A DNA stretch of 54,764 nt, taken from a virus. Lineage: Duplodnaviria; Caudoviricetes. This document shows, in pieces, positions 8,374 to 17,567 of the stretch. The stretch covers positions 1-54,764 of the IMG/VR virus record IMGVR_UViG_3300025769_012369; one strand, written 5' to 3'. The notes under the pieces were generated by a model. It saw only the letters and a list, made by a program, of their open reading frames with translations, did no database searches and was not told the DNA's origin. The position numbers were made by a program, and so were the translations under genes. The first letter of the stretch is position 1; each line of letters begins with the position of its first letter.

Positions 8374-10040
8374 GCTTCTGCAGTTTCCATTCCGTTGAAC
8401 AGTTCGGCCGTCATGGCTCGCTCCATGACCTTTGCGGACTGCGGTTCGGTGTTGATCTGCTCGAGTATGGCGGGAAGCTCGGCCTTCAACTCTCGGAGTT
8501 TTTTATCACGTTCACGCACATCGTCAATACGCATTATTGCCTCGATCCGGTTGCGGACCGGCTCCAGGTCGTGCGCCATCGCTTCACCTACCTGGTCTCT
8601 TGCGGTGCGTTTAATTCGTTCCCCGGCCTCCAGTTGGCTCGACCGCTCTATGGCGCGGAGTTGGTTCGCAAAGAACCGTTCCAGCTTGGCGGCGGTCTGT
8701 TGGTGGCCCTGGGGAACCTCCTTACATACTTCCCGAAACAGTTCCATCGCACGCTTGTTGCGGAACTGCAGCCCTGGGGCGGGGCTGAGATTCGCCCCGG
8801 CTTGCGCCGGGACTGGGCTTGGGGCTGCACCGGGGAATCCGCTTTCCATGCCAGGACCGCCCGCCGCGTTCTCCTGACGGGTCAGCTTCAGGCCCGTTTT
8901 CTCCGACACCTCTGCGGCGTCGGCCTGCAGTCCTGCGCCCGAAAGTGCGACGACGTTGTCGACCAGCTTTTGCGTGTCCTCCACGTCCTTTGCCGCAAGC
9001 TCAAAATAGACAAACGGCTCAGGGGCATGTGGGAACTTCTCCATGATGTGGAGGTCAAGCAGTTGGGACTGAATGATCTCGCTGATCTCTGCAGCCTCCG
9101 CAATGGCCAGTTCGTCGAACGTGTCCATGTGGGAATCGCTTTGCCCGCTCCCCAGGCCGGTCGGTTCGTTCAGGACGGTCAGTTTCCCGCTTGTCCCGGC
9201 CAGGACAATCTGCTGGTCCTGATAGTCGACATGGTCACGGAACGGGTTCATGCCGCGCTCACCGTCCTTGATGGTGGCAACGGTGGCACCGTTTGGCAGG
9301 ACACCGCGTGCGTCACTGATCACTTGGTCGGCGAAGTCCTGCCACTCGGCAATGTTCTTGTTCTGGCTGCTGTTCTCCGGTAGCTGGATGAAAATCGGGG
9401 GGATGCCAAAGGTCTCGATGAACCCGTCCCAGTCTTTCTGCGACAGGTTCTTGCGCATGTGGGCGATGGCGGCGATCTCGTCAATGGGGTCGTCCACTTC
9501 TCGGATCACGAAGCCCACCGGATTGATGGGTACCCCGTTGTTGCTGTTGGCGAGCTTGTCGAACCTCCAGCGGTTGTCAGGGAACCGCTTGCACCAATGC
9601 CAGTGTGGGACCGGCTCCAGGTGGTAGGGCAGGCCGTCGTTGTCCCAGTGTTTCTCCAAGTGGCTGAACCCTCGGAACTCCGCCAAGGCCAGGTGGTCGA
9701 TGGCTTCCTTCAGGTTGTCGATCCCCTCCAGAAGCTCGCGAGCATAGGCTGCTTGGTCCTCGGCCATCTGCTTGAACTGGAACTTCACCCCGGTTGGGTC
9801 CAGCACGTCGCTGTTGATCTTGATGTCCCAGTCCAGTTTCTTGATCGCGGCCTGTCTGCGCTTCTTGACCGCTCGCAGGGTGGCGTCCCGTTTCTCGATG
9901 AATCTGAACAGCCATTGCAGTTCGGAATACCATCCGCGCTCAGCCGCTTCCAGCAGGTAGCCGACTCGCAAAATGGTCAGGCCACGCAGCGGGTTGAACT
10001 GCTGCCGCCAGACCATGAAACGCTTCTGATACAAGTTCAC
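8370..10040 (-). CDS. Portal protein (Mu gp29/DUF935-like)
   Basis: 556 aa between TerL and protease; RGFSHLE, DWDGFIETFGIP and GLGSGQSDSH motifs resemble DUF935 portals. Confidence 0.85.
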   Translation of the reverse strand: MNLYQKRFMVWRQQFNPLRGLTILRVGYLLEAAERGWYSELQWLFRFIEKRDATLRAVKKRRQAAIKKLDWDIKINSDVLDPTGVKFQFKQMAEDQAAYARELLEGIDNLKEAIDHLALAEFRGFSHLEKHWDNDGLPYHLEPVPHWHWCKRFPDNRWRFDKLANSNNGVPINPVGFVIREVDDPIDEIAAIAHMRKNLSQKDWDGFIETFGIPPIFIQLPENSSQNKNIAEWQDFADQVISDARGVLPNGATVATIKDGERGMNPFRDHVDYQDQQIVLAGTSGKLTVLNEPTGLGSGQSDSHMDTFDELAIAEAAEISEIIQSQLLDLHIMEKFPHAPEPFVYFELAAKDVEDTQKLVDNVVALSGAGLQADAAEVSEKTGLKLTRQENAAGGPGMESGFPGAAPSPVPAQAGANLSPAPGLQFRNKRAMELFREVCKEVPQGHQQTAAKLERFFANQLRAIERSSQLEAGERIKRTARDQVGEAMAHDLEPVRNRIEAIMRIDDVRERDKKLRELKAELPAILEQINTEPQSAKVMERAMTAELFNGMETAEA

Positions 10041-10072
10041 GCTTCAGGGAGTAACATTCGGGGCACAGCGGG

Positions 10073-11599
10073 TCAAGTGTAGCTTCGGTCCCGCCGCTTG
10101 CTCAGGGATCGGCCCCGCCGCCCTGGGGTGCTGGTCGGGATAGGTGGGTTCACCTCGCTCGCAAGGTAGTTGAAGGCCCCGCTCACACCGTCCACCTGGT
10201 CGTCGTTCTCGCTGGCTGGGAAGGCCTCCAGCTCCATCTCGAAATCGGGAATCCACGGGCCGCGCACCAGGAACACCTTGCCCTCCTTGGCAGCGGCAAA
10301 CAGGCTCAGGCACCGGGTTAGCTTGTCCTTGTTCACCTTCACCGATACGCACGGCACCTGGGGCGGTAGGACTTCGACCAGGTTCTGCCGGGCTGCTTCG
10401 AATCCACCCACGGCCTCCATCGCGATGACGTGTTCCTCCTGCTGCGCGATCTCGGCGATCTTGTCCCGTGCGACCGGCCAGGTCCACTTGCCCTTGGTGA
10501 TGCCGAACACGTAGAAGCGGCCGTCCCGGTCCATCGCGCACCTGGCTCCCGCGGTGAAGTCGTTCTCCTCTTTTTCGTCGGTGGCCGTGTCCCAGAAGCG
10601 CACCCACCGCAGGCCCTCGATGGGCATCTCGTCGGCGTTGATGTGCTGCAGCCATTCTAGCTTGCAGTAGTTGCCGCCCTTGATCACCGGTCGCTGCCGA
10701 TACATGGCGGTCCAAATGTAGTCCAGCATCGTGGCTTGGATCAGCTTCAGCTCCTTCAGCGGCCAGCGGTTCGGGTCCAGGGCCTCCCCTGGCTTGCGCC
10801 CCATTAAGTCACCTTCCTCAGCGATGGCGGGCAAAATGATCTCCTCCCAAGTCTCGGAGTCGGGGTCGATGTCCGCGTCCTCTAGTCGGGCCTTGATTTC
10901 TTCCTGGCGCGACGGGTCAAGGAAGCGGCCGACCAGGTCATCTTTGTGCCAGCGGGTCATGATGATGATCACCACGCCCCCTGGAGACACACGGGTTCGG
11001 CCGGTCGACCAGTACCAGTTCCAGATGCGTTCACGTTCGCTTGCGCTGTGGGCGTGCGCGTAGTCCTTGAACGGATCGTCAACAACCAGGACATCGCAGC
11101 CTCTGCCGGTCAGTGTGCCCTGGGTGCCGACTGCCAGGTATCGCCCACCGTCCTGGGTTTGCAGGTCGTTCTTTTTCTGGGTGTGCTTGGACAGCCTGCT
11201 GTCGGGGAACGTCGCCTTGTATTCGGGCGAGCGCATGATCTCACGGCACTCGACGGCGTGATCCTGGGCGAGGTCGCCCGAGTGCGAGACCATCGCGAAC
11301 TTGAGGTTGGGTCGCTTGCCCAGTGCCCAGGCCACAAACTCGATGGCGGTCAGGCGGCTCTTACCGTGCCGGGGAGGCACCGAGATGATCACCCGCTTGT
11401 GGCCCTTGGCTGAGTTTGGCCCGATGGAATTGAAAACGTCGTGCAGGACTTCGGCCAGGAACTCATGGAAACCGCTGACCTCGTAGGCCGGGTCATGCAG
11501 CTTGGTGAAGGTCAGCAGGTCGTTCTGCGCCTTGGTCCGTATCCGGCCTGCCGTGGTTGGGACCGGCTCAGTGGTTGCCGTTCCCGTTGCCATTGCCAT
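10073..11599 (-). CDS. terL: Terminase large subunit
   Basis: Walker A VPPRHGKS, Walker B LVVDDP, IMTRWH, nuclease motifs RFWDTA and DDQVDGVSGA. Confidence 0.95.
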   Translation of the reverse strand: MAMATGTATTEPVPTTAGRIRTKAQNDLLTFTKLHDPAYEVSGFHEFLAEVLHDVFNSIGPNSAKGHKRVIISVPPRHGKSRLTAIEFVAWALGKRPNLKFAMVSHSGDLAQDHAVECREIMRSPEYKATFPDSRLSKHTQKKNDLQTQDGGRYLAVGTQGTLTGRGCDVLVVDDPFKDYAHAHSASERERIWNWYWSTGRTRVSPGGVVIIIMTRWHKDDLVGRFLDPSRQEEIKARLEDADIDPDSETWEEIILPAIAEEGDLMGRKPGEALDPNRWPLKELKLIQATMLDYIWTAMYRQRPVIKGGNYCKLEWLQHINADEMPIEGLRWVRFWDTATDEKEENDFTAGARCAMDRDGRFYVFGITKGKWTWPVARDKIAEIAQQEEHVIAMEAVGGFEAARQNLVEVLPPQVPCVSVKVNKDKLTRCLSLFAAAKEGKVFLVRGPWIPDFEMELEAFPASENDDQVDGVSGAFNYLASEVNPPIPTSTPGRRGRSLSKRRDRSYT

Positions 11600-12257
11600 T
11601 GCCGTTTGATCCGTTCCCGTTGGCCCCTGGTCCGATGCGCCTCGCCCGGTCCCAAGGATTCAGCCCGTGCTTTCGCCGGACTTCTCGCTCGATGCTTTCC
11701 TCCAGGACAGCGATCAGGTGCGGGGCAGGCAGCACCTCGTCCAGGCTCGGCGGGGTTTCGATCTCCAGTTGCTTGGGCGCGTCCAGGCCCAGGAGTGCCG
11801 CCTCGCGCTCCATCGCCTTCAGAATGACCATGTGCCACCTGGGGTCCGCCAGGCGTTCCTCGTTCTCCACGGATGCGAAGCTCTCCCGGCCCTGGGTTGC
11901 TCCCTGCTGCCCCTGGTTGCCCCCCTGGGGCGTTCTGTCCTTCCACCCCTGCTTGGAGGACTTGCGGGGCGTTGTGGACTGTTCCAGGCGAAGCCATGCG
12001 TCCCGTTGCAGTTCCTGCAGGGCGACCAGTTGCCGGTTCTTGAAGGTGGTTGTCACATTGACCGCCTGCTGCTTCCACTCGGCTTCGATGAGCTTGGCGT
12101 CCTTGGCGACCATCTGCTGGCTGATTGAGTAGTTGCGATTCTCCGCAAGCCATTGCGCCACCGCAGCTTGGGTCATTCCTCGAGCCAGCAACCCGGCGAT
12201 GACCGGCAGGTCGGCCTTGCGCTGGGCTGGGGTTCGCTTGTGGACTGGGCTGGCCAT
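11568..12257 (-). CDS. terS: Terminase small subunit (N-terminal HTH)
   Basis: Directly upstream of TerL; HTH-like GMTQAAVAQWL...ISQQMVAKD; REAALLGLDAP motif. Start placed at ATG 12257. Confidence 0.7.
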   Translation of the reverse strand: MASPVHKRTPAQRKADLPVIAGLLARGMTQAAVAQWLAENRNYSISQQMVAKDAKLIEAEWKQQAVNVTTTFKNRQLVALQELQRDAWLRLEQSTTPRKSSKQGWKDRTPQGGNQGQQGATQGRESFASVENEERLADPRWHMVILKAMEREAALLGLDAPKQLEIETPPSLDEVLPAPHLIAVLEESIEREVRRKHGLNPWDRARRIGPGANGNGSNGNGNGNGNGNH

Positions 12258-12291
12258 CGTCTTACAACTATTGCAACAACTACGCGGGCGA

Positions 12292-12777
12292 TCAAGCCAA
12301 TGGGCGGCACGTGGCCTGCACCTTCCCATCTTCGGTGCCCTTAATCTCCACCTGGATAATCGGGATCGTCTCGCTGTTCACCACCGCAACCAGGCGTTCG
12401 CGCATCCACGCACCCACGGGGTTGCGCTCGATCTCCCTGGTGATGGACTCCACCGGGACGCCCTCACGTTCTGCCCATGCCAGGGCGTGTTCGGTTGCCT
12501 GCTGGTTGATGGTGCCCAGGACGCGGTTCATGGTCTGCAGGGCCTGCATCTGCATCTGCTGCAGTTGGCTCCCTACATGCCGAAAGCTCGGGTCAGCAAA
12601 CGGTCCAGGAATTCCTCGCTCGATGCTGGGCTCTCCAGCTTGCGCTTCGCCGCCCGCAGGCTGGCTTGGTGGTGCTTGTTGAGCGGGATCTTCAACAGGA
12701 TGTCGGACTCGCCCCTTGCTTGCGTGGTTTTCGGCTGTGCCGCTTTTGGTTTCGGTGTTGGTTTGTATCCCTCCCAT
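12292..12777 (-). CDS. Hypothetical protein (start uncertain; may begin near 12555, MQMQALQ)
   Basis: Fills the gap between the ParB-like gene and TerS; the longest version overlaps the ParB-like gene by about 205 nt. Confidence 0.5.
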   Translation of the reverse strand: MGGIQTNTETKSGTAENHASKGRVRHPVEDPAQQAPPSQPAGGEAQAGEPSIERGIPGPFADPSFRHVGSQLQQMQMQALQTMNRVLGTINQQATEHALAWAEREGVPVESITREIERNPVGAWMRERLVAVVNSETIPIIQVEIKGTEDGKVQATCRPLA

Positions 12778-13196
12778 GAGAATCCTTTCAGTGCTGCGAT
12801 GCCTTGTCGTTGTTCGTCAGTGAAGGGCATTGCGGCTTGAGGCATCACCCGGTCCAGCTCTGCCAGTCGAGTCGCCAGTTCGATGTCGTTTGCGTCGTGA
12901 TTGGTCTCGTTCGTGATGATCGCAATCTGCTCCGCTTCCTCGGTGTCGATCTGACCAAGGTCGAAGCACATGGCTTTCTTGAGGCCCACACGGCGCATGG
13001 CCTGCAGGCGGTGGTTTCCGTTCACCACCTCCCAAGTGCCGTCCCCCATGTCCCGCACGATCAGGTTCTGCACCTGGCCGTCCTCACGGATTGCTTGCTC
13101 CAGGCGTTGGGCCATGAAGGCATCGTCGTCCTTGTAGTTCCAATCGGCCGTGCGGAGCTTGTCCAGGTCGATCCATCGTTGTTGCTCAGTCTGCAT
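12573..13196 (-). CDS. ParB/Srx-like domain protein (copy 2)
   Basis: ADWNYK...EDGQVQNLIVR...VVNGNHRLQAM (ParB N-terminal GxHR motif). Confidence 0.85.
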   Translation of the reverse strand: MQTEQQRWIDLDKLRTADWNYKDDDAFMAQRLEQAIREDGQVQNLIVRDMGDGTWEVVNGNHRLQAMRRVGLKKAMCFDLGQIDTEEAEQIAIITNETNHDANDIELATRLAELDRVMPQAAMPFTDEQRQGIAALKGFSWEGYKPTPKPKAAQPKTTQARGESDILLKIPLNKHHQASLRAAKRKLESPASSEEFLDRLLTRAFGM

Positions 13197-13839
13197 TGAT
13201 CACCTCCAGTGCCTTGAGGAAAAAGGCCTCGTCGTCTTCGATGCCCGCCTCCTGCTTGGCGATGTCCCAGCGGTCGGCCAGTTCCCCGGTCAGGGTGGCG
13301 TCGAAGGTGGGGTCTCCCGTGGCTTTGTCCTTCTTCAGTTGGCCGGTGCCTGGGTTGGGTTTGTAGTCCTCGAAAGTCATGGATGCCATCGCGGCCATGT
13401 CGTTGATCTGGTCGGGCGTGTAAGGCATCGCGGCCTCCAACTCCCCCATGCCGGTCTCCTTCATTCTGGCGACAGCCCGGTTCAGCTTGATGTCGTTGCT
13501 GGGGAAGCGGGTGTGGTTCAGCTTGATTGCCTGGGCGATGGCGACCTCCCGGTTCACCCGGCCCAGGTTGTAGACCCATACCTGCGCCCCTGGGGTCATG
13601 AGCTGCAGCCGGTGGTTGCCGTTGCAGACCTCCAGCTTGCCGTCCTCCAGCTCTCGGACCAGCAGAGTCTCGATCTGTCCCAGGGTCTTGAGGGATGCGG
13701 CCAGGGTGCCCTGCAGTCGCTCGTTGGTGGTCTTGTAGTTCCAGTCGGCCGGAACCAGGTTTTCCACATGCACGTTCAGGTAGCCCGTGTCATAGGTGGC
13801 CTCGGCCGGGGAACATCCGTCTTTAGTGTCGTCAGTCAT
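13186..13839 (-). CDS. ParB/Srx-like domain protein (copy 1)
   Basis: ADWNYK...LGQIETLLVRE...VCNGNHRLQL; paralogue of the adjacent gene. Confidence 0.85.
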   Translation of the reverse strand: MTDDTKDGCSPAEATYDTGYLNVHVENLVPADWNYKTTNERLQGTLAASLKTLGQIETLLVRELEDGKLEVCNGNHRLQLMTPGAQVWVYNLGRVNREVAIAQAIKLNHTRFPSNDIKLNRAVARMKETGMGELEAAMPYTPDQINDMAAMASMTFEDYKPNPGTGQLKKDKATGDPTFDATLTGELADRWDIAKQEAGIEDDEAFFLKALEVINAD

Positions 13840-14380
13840 TGCGCTTGCTCAGTTTCAAGTAAATCAGAGTGCAGACCACGCCGCCCAAGAACTTGCTCCC
13901 GGCCTGTCCGGCGCAAAGCATCAGGCTCGGGTCATCGAAGGCCAGGAAGGGGAACACCAGGCTGTCAACCGTGGCGGCGAACAGGTTACTGACGTTCATC
14001 TTGAACCACCTGGCTGTGTGGGGGCCGCACATGGCGTAGACGACGGTATTCATGATCATGGCGCAGGCGAACGCGACCGTGCTTGCTAAGGCGATTCGGC
14101 CGGCGTCCTGGTTGACCAGGTAGGTCAGCACTGATCCCATGGAGACCAGGCCAAGCATCTTTGCCCAGAGTCCCCGGCTCTCCCATCTGCGGTGCAGGAC
14201 ATCCCGCACCAGCATGTCGAAGGGAATGAGAATCCAAGCGGTCAGGAGCAGGGCGGGCTGACCCCATTCTTGGACGGCCAGATTTGCGCCCAGGATCGCG
14301 CCCAGGAAGGCGAGAACCAGGGGGGCCGCTGTGAGCAGGCCCCCCTGGTCGTCCGATTGCTTAGAACGCGAATCCGTCAT
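13832..14380 (-). CDS. VUT/YhhQ-like 7-deazaguanine (queuosine precursor) transporter
   Basis: Multi-TM hydrophobic protein with ANLAV, IPFDMLVRDVLH, RIALAS and NVSNLFAATVDSLVFPFLAF; in the que/dpd operon; ATGA-coupled start at 14380. Confidence 0.75.
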   Translation of the reverse strand: MTDSRSKQSDDQGGLLTAAPLVLAFLGAILGANLAVQEWGQPALLLTAWILIPFDMLVRDVLHRRWESRGLWAKMLGLVSMGSVLTYLVNQDAGRIALASTVAFACAMIMNTVVYAMCGPHTARWFKMNVSNLFAATVDSLVFPFLAFDDPSLMLCAGQAGSKFLGGVVCTLIYLKLSKRND

Positions 14381-14814
14381 CCCATCTTGTGGGCTTTCAG
14401 GTGCGCCAGGTGGGTGTGGGCCTCTCCCGTGGTCTTGCAGGCTTCGGCCTGGTCGCAAAGTCGGCGCATGTCCTTCACCCGGGCAGTGAAGACACCACCC
14501 CCGGCTTCCAGCTTGTTCGCTTCGCTCCGCACCCGCTCGATCTCGCCCTTGAGTTCGTCGGACAGGGCCGCGTCGGCTTTGGAAAGCTCGGGGTCAGGGG
14601 TCGGCTCGGTCTCGGCCTCCTGGGTGTCCGGCTCATCCTCAACCTGGGGCTTGTCGTCGGTGGGGTCGTTCTGCACGGCCGCAAGCTCCTCGGTGGGCTG
14701 ATCGGTTTCAATGTCCGCGTCTCCTTGGGTAGTTCCCTCGGGCTGGGCCGGACTGATCTCGTTCTCGGCATCCGTGGTCGGTGCCGCCTCTTTAGTCTTC
14801 TTTTTCTTGCTCAT
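14377..14814 (-). CDS. Acidic, largely disordered hypothetical protein
   Basis: MSKKKKTKEAAP followed by a D/E/P/T-rich tract; ATGA overlaps with neighbours at both ends. Confidence 0.7.
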   Translation of the reverse strand: MSKKKKTKEAAPTTDAENEISPAQPEGTTQGDADIETDQPTEELAAVQNDPTDDKPQVEDEPDTQEAETEPTPDPELSKADAALSDELKGEIERVRSEANKLEAGGGVFTARVKDMRRLCDQAEACKTTGEAHTHLAHLKAHKMG

Positions 14815-15752
14815 GCTGCTGTCCTTTCTGTTGCCCAAAGGGACCGGACTGGTTCCCCTGAGTAGTGCCGGGCGTTTACCCAGCGGTTCATTTTGTTCAT
14901 CTCCGAGACCTGCACCGCGTTGGCGAATGCGTAGGACTTGGAAGCGTCGGTCAGCTCTTGGTAGCCCTCGTCGGTCAGTCGCCTCAGCCTGGCATCGTAG
15001 AGCGGTCGTTTCTCGTTCACCAGGCGTTGGAACTCAGTCTGCCGGGTGCTGATCGTGTGGAGCCTGCCCGATGATCGGAACAGGAACCCACGGCCGAACT
15101 TTCCAGGGGCAATCCAGGATGTCGAGTCGCAGGTCGTGAATCCTGGTTGCATCAGTAGGGTCGGCTGTGTGCAGCCCAGCAGGTGGATCTTCACATTGGG
15201 TCGGATGTCCCTGGCCTTGCCGATCATGGACTTGACCGCCGTCTCGATGTGCTTCGGCCCTTTGCAGATGATTCTCAGCTCGGGGATGCTGATCGCGACG
15301 TATGGGTATTGCCGGACCAGGTCTCCCCAACCGGTTTCACCTTCTTCCAGGTGCCACACGAAGATGGTCCGCTCAGGTGCCCACCGCTTCGCAAACACGG
15401 CTCGGAGCTTGGCCAGGCTTTCCAGGCCCAGGACTTTATGCACATCCATCTCGACAACGGTGCCCTGGTAGCCAATAGCCTCCATGTCGTCCAGGTAGGT
15501 GTGGGTATAGGCCTCCAGCTCGTCGTGTGTCCGCTTCACTCCCTTCTCGGCTCCGAACATCATCGTGAACAGGCCGCTGTCCATGATCCACTCGGCCCCC
15601 ATTCGCATGAGCTTTTGGTAGGCCCGGCCGTAGGTCTGGGCGTCCCGGCCGCGCACGGTGTTGTAGTAGCTCGTCAGCATGTAGGGGTGGTCAGCCATTG
15701 CTACCATCCACATGAAGTTCAGGCTGTCCGCTCCCGCGCAGAACAGCTTCAC
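14811..15752 (-). CDS. dpdA: DpdA-like 7-deazaguanine DNA transglycosylase (TGT fold)
   Basis: GTGA-coupled start (MKLFCAG); WIMDSGLFT, VEMDV, FVWH, KIHLLGCT and CDSTSW motifs of TGT/DpdA paralogues; in an operon with folE/queD/queE. Confidence 0.8.
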   Translation of the reverse strand: MKLFCAGADSLNFMWMVAMADHPYMLTSYYNTVRGRDAQTYGRAYQKLMRMGAEWIMDSGLFTMMFGAEKGVKRTHDELEAYTHTYLDDMEAIGYQGTVVEMDVHKVLGLESLAKLRAVFAKRWAPERTIFVWHLEEGETGWGDLVRQYPYVAISIPELRIICKGPKHIETAVKSMIGKARDIRPNVKIHLLGCTQPTLLMQPGFTTCDSTSWIAPGKFGRGFLFRSSGRLHTISTRQTEFQRLVNEKRPLYDARLRRLTDEGYQELTDASKSYAFANAVQVSEMNKMNRWVNARHYSGEPVRSLWATERTAA

Positions 15753-16114
15753 CGGATCACCTCCACGATGGCCCCGTTCTCCCCGTCCTCCATGACCTCG
15801 CAGCGGTCCAGGTCGAACTGGTTGGTCAGCCAGTGCGCAATGTGTTCGCACGATAGGGGGCCGAAGTCGCACGGCCGTCCAAATTCGAACTCCAGTTCAT
15901 TGGTTACTTTGCGGCCGAACTCGATGATCTCGATCTCCCGGTTCGCATACTTTACCCGCTTTTCGACGCGGATGTGGAACAGGTGCCGATGCTCCGCGCA
16001 AAGATACTGATGCTGTTCTCGTGCCCCAGGCCAGTTGTGGAAGCCTTCGACCTTAACCGTGGCCACGATGGAAGTCAGGCCGGTGCCGGGGATTTTGTTC
16101 GGGTCGGCGTTCAT
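15749..16114 (-). CDS. QueD-paralogous T-fold protein, DpdL-like (putative CDG decarboxylase)
   Basis: 121 aa; [16 protein letters not shown] (LxxxHRHxF), SCEHIA and EDGENGA motifs. Confidence 0.7.
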   Translation of the reverse strand: MNADPNKIPGTGLTSIVATVKVEGFHNWPGAREQHQYLCAEHRHLFHIRVEKRVKYANREIEIIEFGRKVTNELEFEFGRPCDFGPLSCEHIAHWLTNQFDLDRCEVMEDGENGAIVEVIR

Positions 16115-17025
16115 TTCAGCATTGAGTAGAATTCGGCCCGTGCGGCCGGGTCGGCTTTGAACAGTCCAGTCAACGCGCTGGTCTTCATGACGCTGTTCTG
16201 CTTGCGGACTCCCCGGCAAACCATGCACTGGTGCTTGGCCTCGATGTGGACCGCCACACCCTTGCACTTCTCAAGGTTGTCCCCGATGGCCTGGGCGATC
16301 TGCTGGGTCATCTGTTCCTGGATCTGCAGGCGGCGTGCGTAGGTGTCCACCACGCGGGCCAGCTTGCTCAGTCCGTAGACCTCTCCCTCGGGGATGTAGG
16401 CCACATGCGCGGTGCCGGTGAAGGGCAGCAGGTGGTGTTCACAAGTGCTGTGGAACTCGATGCCGGTGCAGACGACCATCTCGTCGGCGTCACTCTTGAA
16501 CTTGGTGCCCAAGACTTCGGCCGGGTTCTCCCGCATCCCCTGGGTCAGTTCCAGCCAGGCCTTGATCACGCGCTTGGGTGTGTCGCGTAGGCCCTCCCGG
16601 TGAACGTCCTCCCCGAGGAACTCCAGGAGTCTCACGACCAGGCTCTCGGCGTCCTGCGTTGGGTGTTCCTCCCAAGGGAAATGCACCCATCCAAGGTCTG
16701 GCTCTTTGAGCTTGTCGACCAGGGCCAGGAAGGGCTTCCCAGGGTGCAGCGTTCGCGTGCGACCGCTGTCGATGATGTCATCCACAAAGGCGTCGGCCAC
16801 TTCAGGTGTGCGGGCGATGTGAATGCCGTGCCGCTCATGCAAAAGGCCCGCGACGATTGCGCCTCCCCTGGGGATGCCGTAGACCATTGGCGTCTGGTCG
16901 GCCGGTAGCTTCAGGTGCTGCAGCTTGACCAGGAGCTGATCCAGTCGCTTGTTGATGTCGGCCCAGGTCAGGACGTTGATTACAGGACTTTTGTCAGCTT
17001 GTGCGTCTGCACGCTCAGTTTCCAT
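16111..17025 (-). CDS. folE: GTP cyclohydrolase I with N-terminal type I phosphoribosyltransferase-like domain
   Basis: FolE motifs [35 protein letters not shown]-terminus LTWADI...YGIPRGG...[11 protein letters not shown]...WVHFPWE resembles xanthine/guanine PRTase. Start uncertain (17025 or 17043). Confidence 0.92.
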   Translation of the reverse strand: METERADAQADKSPVINVLTWADINKRLDQLLVKLQHLKLPADQTPMVYGIPRGGAIVAGLLHERHGIHIARTPEVADAFVDDIIDSGRTRTLHPGKPFLALVDKLKEPDLGWVHFPWEEHPTQDAESLVVRLLEFLGEDVHREGLRDTPKRVIKAWLELTQGMRENPAEVLGTKFKSDADEMVVCTGIEFHSTCEHHLLPFTGTAHVAYIPEGEVYGLSKLARVVDTYARRLQIQEQMTQQIAQAIGDNLEKCKGVAVHIEAKHQCMVCRGVRKQNSVMKTSALTGLFKADPAARAEFYSMLK

Positions 17026-17567
17026 TGCGGGTTCTCCAGGCATAGGTCGATGCAGTGTTTCAGGTTGGCGGGGTCCGGCTGGTCGCCGGTGAACATGGGG
17101 GACAGGTAGTAATGGTCGGCCTCCAGCTTGGCCTTGTCCGGCTCAGGCACTCCAGGCTGTCCGGTGTGCCGGACATAGCGCAGTTCGTGAACGTGGCCCT
17201 TGAAGTTCTTTGCGACGACGTGGTCGGCCACCTTGGGGCTGCACGCGACGTGGTCCAGGACTAGGTCACCGATGGGCTGGCTCCCGTTTGTCTCGAGGGC
17301 CTGCTTGTATCCGGCAGCGCGGAACAGTTCGACCGTCTCTGCCTTGAGTTGCAGCAATGGCTCTCCCCCGGTCCAGACGATCCACTTCCCAGGGTGCTTG
17401 CTGATTTCCTTCAGCAGTTCCTCGTCGGTGAACTCCCGGCCGCTGTTGAACTCCGTGTCGCAAAAACCGCACGCCAGGTTGCAGTCAGCCAGTCGAATGA
17501 AAATCGACGGGTGCCCGGCTCGGAATCCTTCGCCCTGCAGGCTGTAGAAAATCTCGCTGACCTTCAT
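16980..17567 (-). CDS. queE: 7-carboxy-7-deazaguanine synthase (radical SAM)
   Basis: [20 protein letters not shown] (CxxxCxxC), [20 protein letters not shown]. Confidence 0.95.
   Translation of the reverse strand: MKVSEIFYSLQGEGFRAGHPSIFIRLADCNLACGFCDTEFNSGREFTDEELLKEISKHPGKWIVWTGGEPLLQLKAETVELFRAAGYKQALETNGSQPIGDLVLDHVACSPKVADHVVAKNFKGHVHELRYVRHTGQPGVPEPDKAKLEADHYYLSPMFTGDQPDPANLKHCIDLCLENPQWKLSVQTHKLTKVL

Noticed and set aside
12573-12777. Genuine 205-nt dual-coding overlap between the ParB-like gene and the next ORF
   Set aside because: A downstream ATG (MQMQALQ, near 12555) removes the overlap, and open alternative frames are common at this GC content.
12573-13839. Plasmid-prophage partition system
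   Set aside because: No ParA/ParM ATPase gene is visible, and the location between modification genes and TerS points to another role.
14811-15752. tRNA-guanine transglycosylase for host tRNA queuosine (auxiliary metabolic gene)
   Set aside because: It lacks the C-terminal CxCxxC Zn site of bacterial Tgt, no queC/queF/queA is present, and the context beside ParB-like and terminase genes favours DNA modification.
16960-17043. Programmed frameshift fusing QueE to PRTase-FolE
   Set aside because: The genes overlap by 46 nt or more, but a usable ATG exists at 17025 and I see no convincing slippery site.
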